In this document: positions 20,012-29,555 of the stretch, one piece after another
How the letters are laid out: every line of letters begins with the position of its first letter
Numbering within the stretch: position 1 is the stretch's first letter
Assembly (NCBI GenBank): GCA_963817955.1
Contig: CAWFQK010000006.1
Coordinates: 1 to 64,000 of the forward strand
From: an uncultured Gemmatimonadaceae bacterium
GTDB taxonomy: Bacteria; Gemmatimonadota; Gemmatimonadetes; Gemmatimonadales; Gemmatimonadaceae
DNA length: 64,000 bases
Direction: 5' to 3'
Position numbers and translations under genes: made by a program
Notes under the pieces: generated by a model
The model's input: only the letters and a program-made list of their open reading frames with translations
What the model was told of the DNA's origin: nothing
The model's database searches: none

Positions 20012-20818
20012 CTATCGCACGATCGAATACATCAACATCATGCCGCCATGTCCGTCGGGCATGGCCGATGTACCGAGGAGAAAGCGATCGATCTTCGATC
20101 GACGGTGGCTGTGGGCGTAACTCACCACCCGCGAGCCGAGGAGCGTTCCCATGAACGCACCGGCAGCCACGTCACTCGCCCAATGCTGGCCGAGGTACAT
20201 CCGTGCAATACCCGGCGCCGCCGCGGCGCCGTAGAGTACGGGCGCGACGTACCATACCGCAGCGGGTTGCCGCTCGTGTACTTCTTCGGTGAGCGCCGAA
20301 GCAAGAATGAACGACGCCGCCGAGTGCAGCGATGGAAAGGCACGAAAGTCGAAATGCGTGAACCCTTTGCCCCAGTGAAAGGAGTATTGATCGTCGGGAC
20401 TCGCGCTGGGCCGTGCGCGGCCGAGGACGCCGCGCACTGATTGTCCGATGACCGTCGAGATCACCAACGCTTCGCCGACGTGCGTGGAAACCTCGGTCAC
20501 AGTGCTCGAATGGCTGAGGCGTCCAACGCCATAAGCGGCGACCGCGGCCCAACTGACCGTTGTTTCGCTCACATTGTTGAACGGCCGAACGATGCTGTGG
20601 AAGGTGCCGGCCTGTTGAGCGGGCTGCTGTGTCCAGTTTGCGATGCGCTTGTCGAAGCGGCTGAGCACCGCGGTACCGAGCACCGCGGCGCCCGTATAGG
20701 CGAGGTCGCGTCGCGTGAAGAATGTCTTGGCGGCCGCGCTGTCGGCCGCGTGTTGGGCGGCGAGCGGAGCGGCTGTCAGCAGCAGACAGAGCGGAACCAC
20801 GAGCGGGCGCGTTTGCAT
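20012..20818 (-). CDS. PAP2-family phosphatase
   Basis: GRARP, FPSLH, ARMYLGQHWASDV motifs; N-terminal signal peptide. Confidence 0.85.
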   Translation of the reverse strand: MQTRPLVVPLCLLLTAAPLAAQHAADSAAAKTFFTRRDLAYTGAAVLGTAVLSRFDKRIANWTQQPAQQAGTFHSIVRPFNNVSETTVSWAAVAAYGVGRLSHSSTVTEVSTHVGEALVISTVIGQSVRGVLGRARPSASPDDQYSFHWGKGFTHFDFRAFPSLHSAASFILASALTEEVHERQPAAVWYVAPVLYGAAAAPGIARMYLGQHWASDVAAGAFMGTLLGSRVVSYAHSHRRSKIDRFLLGTSAMPDGHGGMMLMYSIVR

Positions 20819-20878
20819 TTGCCGGCGCTTCGGGTGCAACTACGCGGCCAGCGTAACCTCGCGCGGCGAAAACCAGGC

Positions 20879-20913
20879 AAAAGGAAACCCCCGGACAAAC
20901 AAGGTCCGGGGGT
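20879..20913 (-). terminator. intrinsic terminator of the M13 peptidase gene
   Basis: 10-bp stem ACCCCCGGAC/GTCCGGGGGT followed by UUCCUUUU on the minus strand. Confidence 0.7.
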
Positions 20914-20961
20914 CATCACTTGCCTGTTCGTTCAGGCGGTCACTGCCCAGTGCGCATACCA

Positions 20962-23007
20962 CTACCAGATCTTCACCCGCTCAGCCGGCGCGCGATACAT
21001 CTTGTCGCTCGGCTGCACGTTGAACGCCTTCAGGAACGCATCGTTATTCGTCAACGGTACGAACGCGCGCGCCATGCCTGGCGAATGGGGATTGGTCAAC
21101 AGCTGATTTCGCAGGGCGGCATCGCGGAACTTCGTTCTCCAGATCTGCGCGAAGCCGAGGAAGAACCGCTGGTCACCCGTGAAGCCGCCAATCACTGGCG
21201 CTTCCTTCCCGTTCAGCGAGATGCGATACGCGCGGTACGCCTGCGCCAGTCCGCTCAGGTCACCGATATTCTCGCCCATCGTGAGCCCGGGATTGATGTG
21301 CAGGTCGTCGATTGGGTTGAGCGCCGCGTACTGCGCACCGAGCTTCGTTGTGCGCTCCTGAAACGCCTTGGCGTCGGCCGGCGTCCACCAGTCGCGGAGG
21401 TTACCGGCTCCGTCAGACTTGCGCCCCTGATCATCGAATCCGTGGCCGATCTCGTGACCGATGACGGCGCCGATGGCGCCGTAATTCGTCGCATCGTCGG
21501 CGTTCACATTGAAGAAGGGCGGCTGGAGAATGGCGGCGGGAAAGACGATCTCGTTATTGACAGAATTATAATAAGCATTGACTGTCTGGGGCGTCATGCC
21601 CCAGCGCGTACGATCGATGGGCTTGCCAAGCTGGCTCGCCATGTCATCGTACTGGAATTCGGCGGAGCGGATCGAGTTGCCGAACAGGTCGTCGCGCTTG
21701 ATGACCAGCTTGGAGTAGTCGCGCCACTTGTCGGGGTAGCCGATCTTCACGGTAAAGTGCGCCAGCTTGTCCTGCGCCTGCGCTTTGGTCTCGGGGCTCA
21801 TCCACTCCAGGCTGTCGATGCCCACCTTGTACGCGGCGCGGATGTTCTTCACCAACGCATCCATGCGCGCCTTTGCCGTGGGCGTGAAATAGCGCTCGAC
21901 GTACAGCTTGCCTGCGGCCTCGCCAAGCTCTCCTTCCACCTGATTCACCCCACGTTTCCAGCGCGGGCTCATCTCAGCCTGCCCGCTCATCGTCTTGTCA
22001 CGGAACTCGAAGCGCGCCTGCTGGAACGCCGCGGGGAGCTCGTCGGCATAGCGGTCGAGGAGCTTGAACGTGAGATACTCGCGCCATGTTTGCGCGGGTG
22101 TCTTGGCAACGATGTCGTTCATCGCCGTGATGTAGTCCGGCTGCCGAACGACCACATCGGTCGCTTTCGCCATGCCGGCGGCCTTGAGGTACGCGTGCCA
22201 GTCATAGGATGGCGTCGCCGACGCGAGTTGGGCCACCGTCATCTTGTGGTAGGTGAGATCGCGATCACGATTCTTGGCGCGGTCCCACTGCGGCGTGGCA
22301 ATCATCGTCTCGAGCGCCACGACACGCGACGCGGCTCCGGATGGGTCGGGCAGGTTGGCCAACGTGAACAGCTGCGTGATGTACGCGGCATATGCGGTCC
22401 GCGTCTCGGCAGTCTTCGCGTCCTGGCGCAAGTAGTAGTCGCGGTCGGGCATGCCGAGGCCGGACTGGCCCACCTGGACGATATTGACGGTCGAGTTCTT
22501 TGGGTCCTGCCCCACGTTGACACCGAACGGGCTCTGTAGCCCCAGGCGCGCGAAGTGAGCGAAGGTGACGGGGAGCTGCGATGACGACTTGAGCGCGGCG
22601 ATCGCATTCAGCTCACTCTTTAGCGGCGTGAGCCCAAGCTTCTCGACACGCGCCGAGTCCATGTAGCTGGCGTAGAGGTCGCCGACCTTGCGGCGCTCGG
22701 TGCCGACCGGGGCGGGGGTCTTCGCCGCGTCCTCGAGAATCTGATGCAGTGCCGTGCGACTCTTCTCGGTCAGTTCGTTGAACGCGCCCCAGCTCGACGC
22801 GTCGGACGGGATGTCGGTCTTCTTGAGCCAGGTGCCGTTGACGAACCGGAAGAAATCGTCCTGCGGGCGGACGGAGCGGTCAAAGTTGGTGGTGTCGATG
22901 CCGAGGGCGCGTGTCGCACCTTGCTGTTGCTGGGCGGAGGTGACGGCTGGAATCGCCAGCAGCACGCCCGTGGCGAGCGCCAGAGGATAGCGGAAAGAAT
23001 GATTCAT
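20962..23007 (-). CDS. M13 family (neprilysin/PepO-like) zinc metallopeptidase
   Basis: Signal peptide, DFFRFVNGTW, VNAYY, FPAAILQPPFF, HEIGHGFD, GENIGD. Confidence 0.96.
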   Translation of the reverse strand: MNHSFRYPLALATGVLLAIPAVTSAQQQQGATRALGIDTTNFDRSVRPQDDFFRFVNGTWLKKTDIPSDASSWGAFNELTEKSRTALHQILEDAAKTPAPVGTERRKVGDLYASYMDSARVEKLGLTPLKSELNAIAALKSSSQLPVTFAHFARLGLQSPFGVNVGQDPKNSTVNIVQVGQSGLGMPDRDYYLRQDAKTAETRTAYAAYITQLFTLANLPDPSGAASRVVALETMIATPQWDRAKNRDRDLTYHKMTVAQLASATPSYDWHAYLKAAGMAKATDVVVRQPDYITAMNDIVAKTPAQTWREYLTFKLLDRYADELPAAFQQARFEFRDKTMSGQAEMSPRWKRGVNQVEGELGEAAGKLYVERYFTPTAKARMDALVKNIRAAYKVGIDSLEWMSPETKAQAQDKLAHFTVKIGYPDKWRDYSKLVIKRDDLFGNSIRSAEFQYDDMASQLGKPIDRTRWGMTPQTVNAYYNSVNNEIVFPAAILQPPFFNVNADDATNYGAIGAVIGHEIGHGFDDQGRKSDGAGNLRDWWTPADAKAFQERTTKLGAQYAALNPIDDLHINPGLTMGENIGDLSGLAQAYRAYRISLNGKEAPVIGGFTGDQRFFLGFAQIWRTKFRDAALRNQLLTNPHSPGMARAFVPLTNNDAFLKAFNVQPSDKMYRAPAERVKIW

Positions 23008-23121
23008 AGGATGGGTGATGAGCGGGGGACCATGAGACTACCACGGAGTGTACACCCGGGGGTACGTGCCGTGTCCAGGGGGGCAGCCATCACGAACGCC
23101 GCGTTGGCGTTCAGGCGATCG

Positions 23122-23670
23122 TCACACCGATTGCCCAGGTCGATGCCACGGCGTTCCGAGCTTTGGCAACAGCAAGCGATCCGCTCCCCACCAGCCTGCG
23201 TTCCGCCACGCCAAGACGAGCAGGAGCTCGAGCAGGAGCAGCAGCGGATTGGTACTCACCGTCCCGGCGAACAGGTAGTTGACGTTCATGAAGGCGCCAA
23301 AAAACGCGGCGATGCCGGTAAAAGCGCCGAGAATGAGTGCGATGCCGACCAGGAGCTCCCCGAACGCAACGACATGCGAGAATGCAGCGGCGTGCGGGCT
23401 CGCGACATTCGTGAGGAAGGCCGCGTACCACCCTGAGACGTCAGCATGCGGTCCATTTGCCTTCTGTAGGGCCCCGGCAATGAATCCGCGCAGTGCCGTG
23501 CCTGCATTGGCACCGACCCAGGCCGGACTGTGGACCTTTGCCCACCCTGCGTTGATCCACGCCCAGCCGACATATACCCGGACGATGAGCCACAGCCAGG
23601 CCATTCTGGTGTCGGCAAAGAGGAAGCGAGACACTGCCGGCTCCGGGATTTGCATCGATTTGTTCATCAC
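23122..23670 (-). CDS. DoxX/DoxD-family membrane protein
   Basis: RVYVGWAWINAGWAK, GELLVGIALILG, AG.WGAD C-terminal motif. Confidence 0.8.
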   Translation of the reverse strand: MMNKSMQIPEPAVSRFLFADTRMAWLWLIVRVYVGWAWINAGWAKVHSPAWVGANAGTALRGFIAGALQKANGPHADVSGWYAAFLTNVASPHAAAFSHVVAFGELLVGIALILGAFTGIAAFFGAFMNVNYLFAGTVSTNPLLLLLELLLVLAWRNAGWWGADRLLLPKLGTPWHRPGQSV

Positions 23671-23768
23671 GCATCGCTCCGGGGTCTGGGGTTGTCACCT
23701 CACCCGCATTGGACGGCGCACGAACCGGACCAGTCACGGAACAGCTCGCTCACGTAAAGTGGCGGAGG

Positions 23769-25247
23769 CTACGTCACCGGCGTGATCTGCGCCTTCCAGG
23801 CTTCGAACTCGCTCGGCCAGAGATCGTAACGAGCGATGGAACCATCATGGAGATTGACCAATACATCGAGAGCGATCTCGGCGAATCGATCTCGATCTTC
23901 GGGCGCGACGGCCGGATCAGCGCGCGACTCCGCCCAAATACGCAGTTCGCCGATCCGCGGCGCCTTCCCAGCAAGCACCGTCTCGCGCACGAGCGTAGCG
24001 ATCTGCGGTCGGTAGCGAAGGCGTATCGGGTCCGGTTGCCCCATCGCTTCGCGGACCGCTCGGTATTGCGCACACGATCGTTCGTAGGCGAACAGAAAGA
24101 CGTCGCGTAACAGGTCGATGCGTGTGTACTCGTAGACACCGAGCGTGCCTTCGACGTACGCCCGTTCGGGCACGCCGACGAAGGAGAGGGGACACAGATT
24201 CGCCTTGATCAGCGGAATGTTGGCCGCCAGGCGCGACGTCCGCTTGTTCACGTCAATGAACGGCTGGAGGTAGGGGATGTGCACCATCACGAAGAACGCC
24301 TGCTCGAACGGATCGGTGATGGCCCCCGCGTTCTGCAGGAACAGATCGAAGAGCTCCGCAATGCGGTGCGGGATCCCGATGGGTTCGTACGTCGTGCCAG
24401 TGATATGCACGACACGAGTGCGAGGAACACGGCCTTCGTCGGCGGGATCATCGAGCAAGTTTTCCGACAGCGCCGCGTGCAGGTTCGACAGCGTGTAGCG
24501 ATTGAATCCGATCTCTTCGGCTTGATCGACCAATAGCTCGATCGCCTGCTTGTGATTGAGGATCATCTGGGCGTCCGTCGCGTCTTTGCCTTCAGCACGC
24601 ACGCCGTAATCGAGCAGGTTTTTGGTATCGAGACGCGAATAGGTGTTGCCTTCGAGGCGACTCGACGCCCAAGCAAGATCGATGAGGAGCCGCTCGAAGA
24701 TCTCGTGGGCGAACGTCCCCGCCGGCCGGTCCGCGCCTGGCGTGCGGCCGCGGTCGTGCAGCTGACGTCGCATTGCCTCGGTCAGATACCACGTCGTGCC
24801 GGGCTCGTACTCGTGAAGGAACTCTTCCTGGTACGAGACGGGTGGGCGATTGGCGATGGGCTGCCGAATGAGGCGTTGCACTTCCGAGCCGCCCTTGGAG
24901 AGTGGGACATCGTCTTCGGGCTGTGCGCGCCCTTCCGCAGTCGCCTCTGTGCCGCGCGCGCGCGCGTCTGCCGGCGGTGGAGTCGGGGGTGGAGTCGGCG
25001 GGGCCGACGGTTGCTGCTCGGCGAGGTTATAGATGCGGCTTCGGCCGCGGCCACTAGGGCTGACGCGGCCTTCTTCCGTCAGGCCTTCGAGGCGACGGAG
25101 CAGGGTTCGGTAGTTGATCGATGTGCCGGATCGCCGCTCGTATTCCTGCGCGATCGCCTCGCGGCCGAGACCACCGGGATGGTAATGGAGGATCGCGAGG
25201 ACGAGCTTGGCCTGTTCGGTAACGGCGGCGGCGGATGCGCGAGGCAT
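23769..25247 (-). CDS. Fic-family protein with N-terminal winged-HTH
   Basis: WASSRLEGN, NHKQA, variant FIC motif YLQPFIDVNKRTSR; N-terminal RTLLRRLEGLTEEGRV..GRGRSRIY. Confidence 0.88.
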   Translation of the reverse strand: MPRASAAAVTEQAKLVLAILHYHPGGLGREAIAQEYERRSGTSINYRTLLRRLEGLTEEGRVSPSGRGRSRIYNLAEQQPSAPPTPPPTPPPADARARGTEATAEGRAQPEDDVPLSKGGSEVQRLIRQPIANRPPVSYQEEFLHEYEPGTTWYLTEAMRRQLHDRGRTPGADRPAGTFAHEIFERLLIDLAWASSRLEGNTYSRLDTKNLLDYGVRAEGKDATDAQMILNHKQAIELLVDQAEEIGFNRYTLSNLHAALSENLLDDPADEGRVPRTRVVHITGTTYEPIGIPHRIAELFDLFLQNAGAITDPFEQAFFVMVHIPYLQPFIDVNKRTSRLAANIPLIKANLCPLSFVGVPERAYVEGTLGVYEYTRIDLLRDVFLFAYERSCAQYRAVREAMGQPDPIRLRYRPQIATLVRETVLAGKAPRIGELRIWAESRADPAVAPEDRDRFAEIALDVLVNLHDGSIARYDLWPSEFEAWKAQITPVT

Positions 25248-25262
25248 GGTTATGCGAACGTC

Positions 25263-25366
25263 GGTGTCTAGAAGCTGGATCTTTATGTCAAGTTAGCCAA
25301 CATCTGGACATAAAAACATCGCCTTCTTGACACAAAGATTGCATCTTGACATAAAATATGTCCAGA
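25263..25366. promoter_or_regulatory. array of six TCT(T/G/A)GACA(T/C)AAA-like boxes upstream of the Fic gene
   Basis: Minus-strand copies near 25263-25272, 25279-25292 and 25356-25366; plus-strand copies starting 25303, 25325 and 25344; AT-rich patch. Confidence 0.7.
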
Positions 25367-25466
25367 GGAGGGGCCGCCACAACTATCTTAGGTCGTCGCC
25401 TGCCGATACTGCATGGTCGCAGGCCACGCTGCAGCAAAGTTCACCCCACCCGAATGAGGCCCGGCC

Positions 25467-26702
25467 GTGTCGCGACGCACATCGTCAGCGCTTTACCCAG
25501 CGCGCCCCGTACGGACCGTGCCGTGGGGGCTTGCCCTCACGCTCGTATTCGCCTCTGTACTCGCCGCCGTACTCGTACTCGCTGCGTGTTCCAGTTCCAG
25601 CCCCACAGGGCCGTCGGGTGAACTGAAGCCGCCTTCAAACATGTCCTCGTGCCCGAGCGGCGCGTTCCTGACGACTTCTCCGGTGCCCGTCAACGTTCTC
25701 GGGTCGATCGCTCCGCTGGGCAACCTCAATCCGTCCGGACACGTCTTCCCGAGCGACCACACGTATTGGGGAATGCCTAGCGGGTATCACGGCACGTTGC
25801 CAACGATCGTCGCGCCCGGCAACATCACCATCGTGCAAGCAGGACGGCAGAGCAACCAGACTGGCGGCCAACCGGTGGTCTACGATTACACGCTGAGGTT
25901 CTATGCCTGTAGCGACGTGATGTTCTACTTCTATCACATGTCGGCGCTGTCATCGGCGTTGCTCAGCCAGATCGGCAGCTTCGACAAGAGTTGCGACACG
26001 CCGTATTCGACGGGCGGTACCAACTTCCAGCAGTGCAACGCCGACGTGGCGATCCCGGTGGCCGCAGGTGCGGCACTCGGCGTGCTCGGGACAGGAGCGG
26101 GCAGCGGCATTTCGGACTTCGGCGCCTACGACACACGTGTCGCGCCCCTTTCGTTCGTGGATCCGGGCCGCGTCATCGGACAATCCCTCCAGACGGTCTG
26201 CCCGATTGACTACTTCGTGCCGGCGGTCGCCGATTCGCTGCGTGCGCTGCTTTCCGGTTACAGCGGCAATCGCCGCACGGTCGCCCCACTCTGCGGCACC
26301 ATCATGCAGGACGTCCCGAATACAGCGCAGGGACGGTGGTATTTCGACCAAACGACGATGGAAGATCATCACCTTGCCCTGGTGCACGACAACGCCGACC
26401 CGACAGTGGGCGTCATATCGATGGGCACGTCGGTGCCAAGCGTTCCTGTTTCCACGTATCCGTTCACGCCACTTCCCACGGGTAAGGTGAACGCCGATTT
26501 CAACCGCGTGACCGCCGACGGCTCCATCTACTGTTACCAGAACAGCAGCCAACTCGGCTTGATGTATTGGCAGAACAGCATTCATGTGCTCGTGCAGATG
26601 CCTACGGCGACGACGATCAAGATCGTGGGGATGCCAGGCCCGACATGCGGCAGTGATCCAGCGGCATGGAGCATGACGGGCGCGGTGACGTTTCAGCGGT
26701 AG
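25467..26702 (+). CDS. hypothetical Cys-rich lipoprotein, possible degenerate M23/LytM-like fold
   Basis: Hydrophobic stretch with lipobox LAA-C; protein-like composition; no clear family recognised. Confidence 0.7.
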   Translation: MSRRTSSALYPARPVRTVPWGLALTLVFASVLAAVLVLAACSSSSPTGPSGELKPPSNMSSCPSGAFLTTSPVPVNVLGSIAPLGNLNPSGHVFPSDHTYWGMPSGYHGTLPTIVAPGNITIVQAGRQSNQTGGQPVVYDYTLRFYACSDVMFYFYHMSALSSALLSQIGSFDKSCDTPYSTGGTNFQQCNADVAIPVAAGAALGVLGTGAGSGISDFGAYDTRVAPLSFVDPGRVIGQSLQTVCPIDYFVPAVADSLRALLSGYSGNRRTVAPLCGTIMQDVPNTAQGRWYFDQTTMEDHHLALVHDNADPTVGVISMGTSVPSVPVSTYPFTPLPTGKVNADFNRVTADGSIYCYQNSSQLGLMYWQNSIHVLVQMPTATTIKIVGMPGPTCGSDPAAWSMTGAVTFQR

Positions 26703-26704
26703 GC

Positions 26705-26950
26705 GTGATCAGTGATCAGTGATCAGTTGTCAGTGTACGGGTCATGCGCACCAGGGTGCCTGGCTCGCGGGCCATTATCGCCGGTCGGCGAGGTTCGGGT
26801 GTCCAGTTGTGAGTTGTGAGTTGTGAGCTTTTAACAACGCACCAATCACAACTCACCACTGAAAACTCGAACCTCGCCGCCCGCTACGGAGCAGCCAGCG
26901 ACATCCAGCCAGTCAACGACCCGGAGCCCAATCCACGCTGCACGACCGGC
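26705..26950. repeat. composite intergenic repeat: (GTGATCA)3, module C, inverted pair of module B forming a hairpin, module A on the minus strand
   Basis: Perfect 12-bp inverted repeat CGGCGAGGTTCG 26786-26797 / CGAACCTCGCCG 26868-26879 enclosing GTTGTGA and TCACAAC heptamers; homology to 7348-7513. Confidence 0.9.
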
Positions 26951-26993
26951 GCGCGACGCACGACTCCGTCTCACCTGACCCGCGCCAAGGTCA

Positions 26994-27849
26994 TCACACA
27001 TCGCAGATCTCGTACGCCTGCCGCATCGACGGGACAGGGGCGCGTTTCGGCACGAACTCCTGGCCCACGAAACCGGTGTACCCCGTGTCGGCAATCGCCT
27101 GCATCATGCGGCGGTAGTTGAGCTCCTGCGTGTCGTCGATCTCGTTGCGCCCCGGGCACACCGCCCGTGTGATAGTGCGCGATGTGCGGCGCATTCGCCC
27201 GAATGGTCGCGATCACATTGCCTTCCATGATCTGCATATGATAGATGTCATAGAACAGCTTCAGGCGCGGCGATCCGACGCCCTCGACCACCTGTACGGC
27301 CCATGCCGTATGGTCGGCATGGTAGTCCTGGTGGTCGACCTTGCTGTTCAGCATTTCCAGGCAGAGGGTGACGCCGTGGCGCTCGGCACTCGGGGTGATG
27401 CGCTTGAACCCGGCAATGCAGTTGGCGATCCCTTCGCCATCCGACAGCCCGGCACGATTGCCACTGAAGCACACGATATTCGGCACGCCCGCCGCCGCGG
27501 CTTTCGGCATCAATCGTTCGGCGTCAGCGACGAGCTGGTCGTGATTGTCCGGCCGGTTGAATCCCCTGGGATGGAGCCGAACCCGTTCGCCATCGCGCAC
27601 GCCAGCCCGAGCTGCTTCGCGACCGCCCAGTCCTGCTCGTCGAGCAGGTCGATCGCGCGATAGCCCGATGGATTTCGCCGCCGCGCAGAACTCGCTCGAG
27701 CGAGAGCGGCCGTAACACCAGCGGCTGACAGATTGTTTGAACTGAGACGCGAGATGGGTGACGGACAATCGCGATGGGCGAACGGTGCGAGTCGACGCCG
27801 AGCGAGCGCCGCGGCGGCGAGGGCACGCACGCGAATCACGGCGGTTCAC
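26994..27849 (-). pseudogene. hydroxypyruvate isomerase / xylose-isomerase-like TIM-barrel protein with Tat-like signal, frameshifted
   Basis: KQSVSRWCY, CFSGNR, EMLNSKVDH, YDIYHMQIMEG, HYHTGGVPGRNEID..QELNY, GQEFVP; GTG 27849 overlaps the GMC stop; several frame changes. Confidence 0.8.
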
Positions 27850-29555
27850 AGTGCGCCTCGCTTCGTGACGTCGACCGCGTGGGCCGCCGCGCGCGCCGTG
27901 AGCGCCATGTAGGTGATCGACTGGATTCTGGCAGCCGAACTGACGCCATGCATGATGCCGTCGGTCACGAACAGGTTCTTCACGTCCCACGCCTGGTTCC
28001 AGCTTGATTCAGCACGCCGTCCTTCGGCGTGATGCTCATGCGCGCACCGCCCATCTCGTGGATGCAGTGGCCCGGCGGGTTGGTCGAGCCATGCGTGCCG
28101 GATGTCGTGGCAGCCCGCGGCGTCGAGCATCTCCGCCATCGCGGACATGCATGTCCTTGTCCATCGCGCGCTCGTTGTCGCGCCAGCGCACCTCGATGCG
28201 CGCCGCGGGGATTCCCCACTTGTCCTTCGCACTGGGATCGAGCGTGACACGATTGTCCTCGTGGGGCAGCGTTTCGCCCCAGCCCGACGCGGAGAGGGTC
28301 CACGGGCCGAGATCGTCGATCAGCGAATGCTTTGAACGCCGCGCCGGCACCAGGCAGGTCGCGCCGCGGCCCCAACCGTGCGACCCGATCCGCCCTGCAT
28401 GCCGTAGCCGCGGAGGAAATCCGGATGCGCGTCCTTCACGTTCCGGAATCGCGGGATGTAAATGCCGTTGGGCCGATGGCCGGTCGTCCGCTTGTCGGTG
28501 AACCCCGGCAGCGACCCGACGCGCCGGAGCCGTAGTGATGGTCCATCACATAGCGCCCCAGCGTACCACTCGAATTGGCGAGTCCGTCCGGGAAACGCGC
28601 GCTCTTCGAGTTGAGCAGCAGGCGCACCGACTCGATCGTCGACGCGCAGAGGAAGACGATGCGCGCGGTGTACTCGTGCGTCTGCATCGTATTCGCGTCG
28701 ATGACGCGCACGCCGCGCGCGCGCGCCGCGCTTGGGATCGTACAGCACTTCGGCGACCACGCTGTGCGGACGCAGCGTGAGTCTTTCCGTGCTTCGCGCG
28801 GAGGGGAGGGTCGAGCCAATGCTGTTGAAGTACGAGTCCGTGATGCACCCGCGCTCACACGGACCGCAGTAATGGCAGGCGAGCCGCCCCTTGTGGTTCT
28901 TGCGTGAGAACCGCCGCACGCCCGATCGTCATCACCCGCTCGCCGCCGAACCCATGGAGGATCTTTCCGCGCGCGTCCTCCTCGACACAGGTCATCGGCA
29001 TGGGCGGCATGAAATTGCCGTCAGGCAGCTGCGACAAGTTCTCGTGCGCGCCGGTCACGCCAATGAACTGCTCGACGTACGTGTACCAGGGCGCAATGTC
29101 CTCATAGCGAATGGGCCAATCATTGCCATGGCCATCTTTGGCATTGGCCGTGAAGTCGAGGTTGCTCCACCGATAGACCTGCCGGCCCCACGTGATCGAA
29201 CGACCGCCCACCTGGCGTCCGCGAAACCAGCTGAACGGCGCATCTCCCGGGTTGCGTATACGGATTTTCTGTGTCTTTCACAAAGAATTTGTGTCCCAGC
29301 TTCGTCGCACGCGTAGCAGTCGCGCTGGACGGGGTAATCGCGCTCGAGTGCATGACGGTCGCCGAGACCGCGAAAGTGCATTTCCTAAGGCTGGATATGT
29401 TCGCCAAAGTCCGTGCTGGGATCGATCGGCCCGCCCGCCTCGAGGACAAGGGTATGCAGGCCGCGCTCGGTGAGTTCCTTGGCGGCCCAACCACCACTGA
29501 TGCCCGAGCCAACGACGATCGCGTCGAAGTGGGTCCGTTCGGTGAGGTCACGCAT
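27846..29555 (-). pseudogene. GMC-family flavoprotein oxidoreductase, multiple frameshifts and one in-frame TAG
   Basis: [22 protein letters not shown] motif, GGRSITWGR, DWPIRYEDIAPWY, CHYCGPCERGC Fe-S motif, HEMGGARM, NLFVTDG. Confidence 0.85.

Noticed and set aside
26705..26950. Possible CRISPR array
   Set aside because: Units are 7-bp tandem repeats with no unique 25-45 nt spacers, and no cas genes are in the window.
16612..29387. In-frame TAG codons as possible stop-codon recoding or pyrrolysine
   Set aside because: They replace different expected residues (Tyr, Trp), occur only in genes already full of frameshifts, and TAG is a normal stop in many intact genes here.
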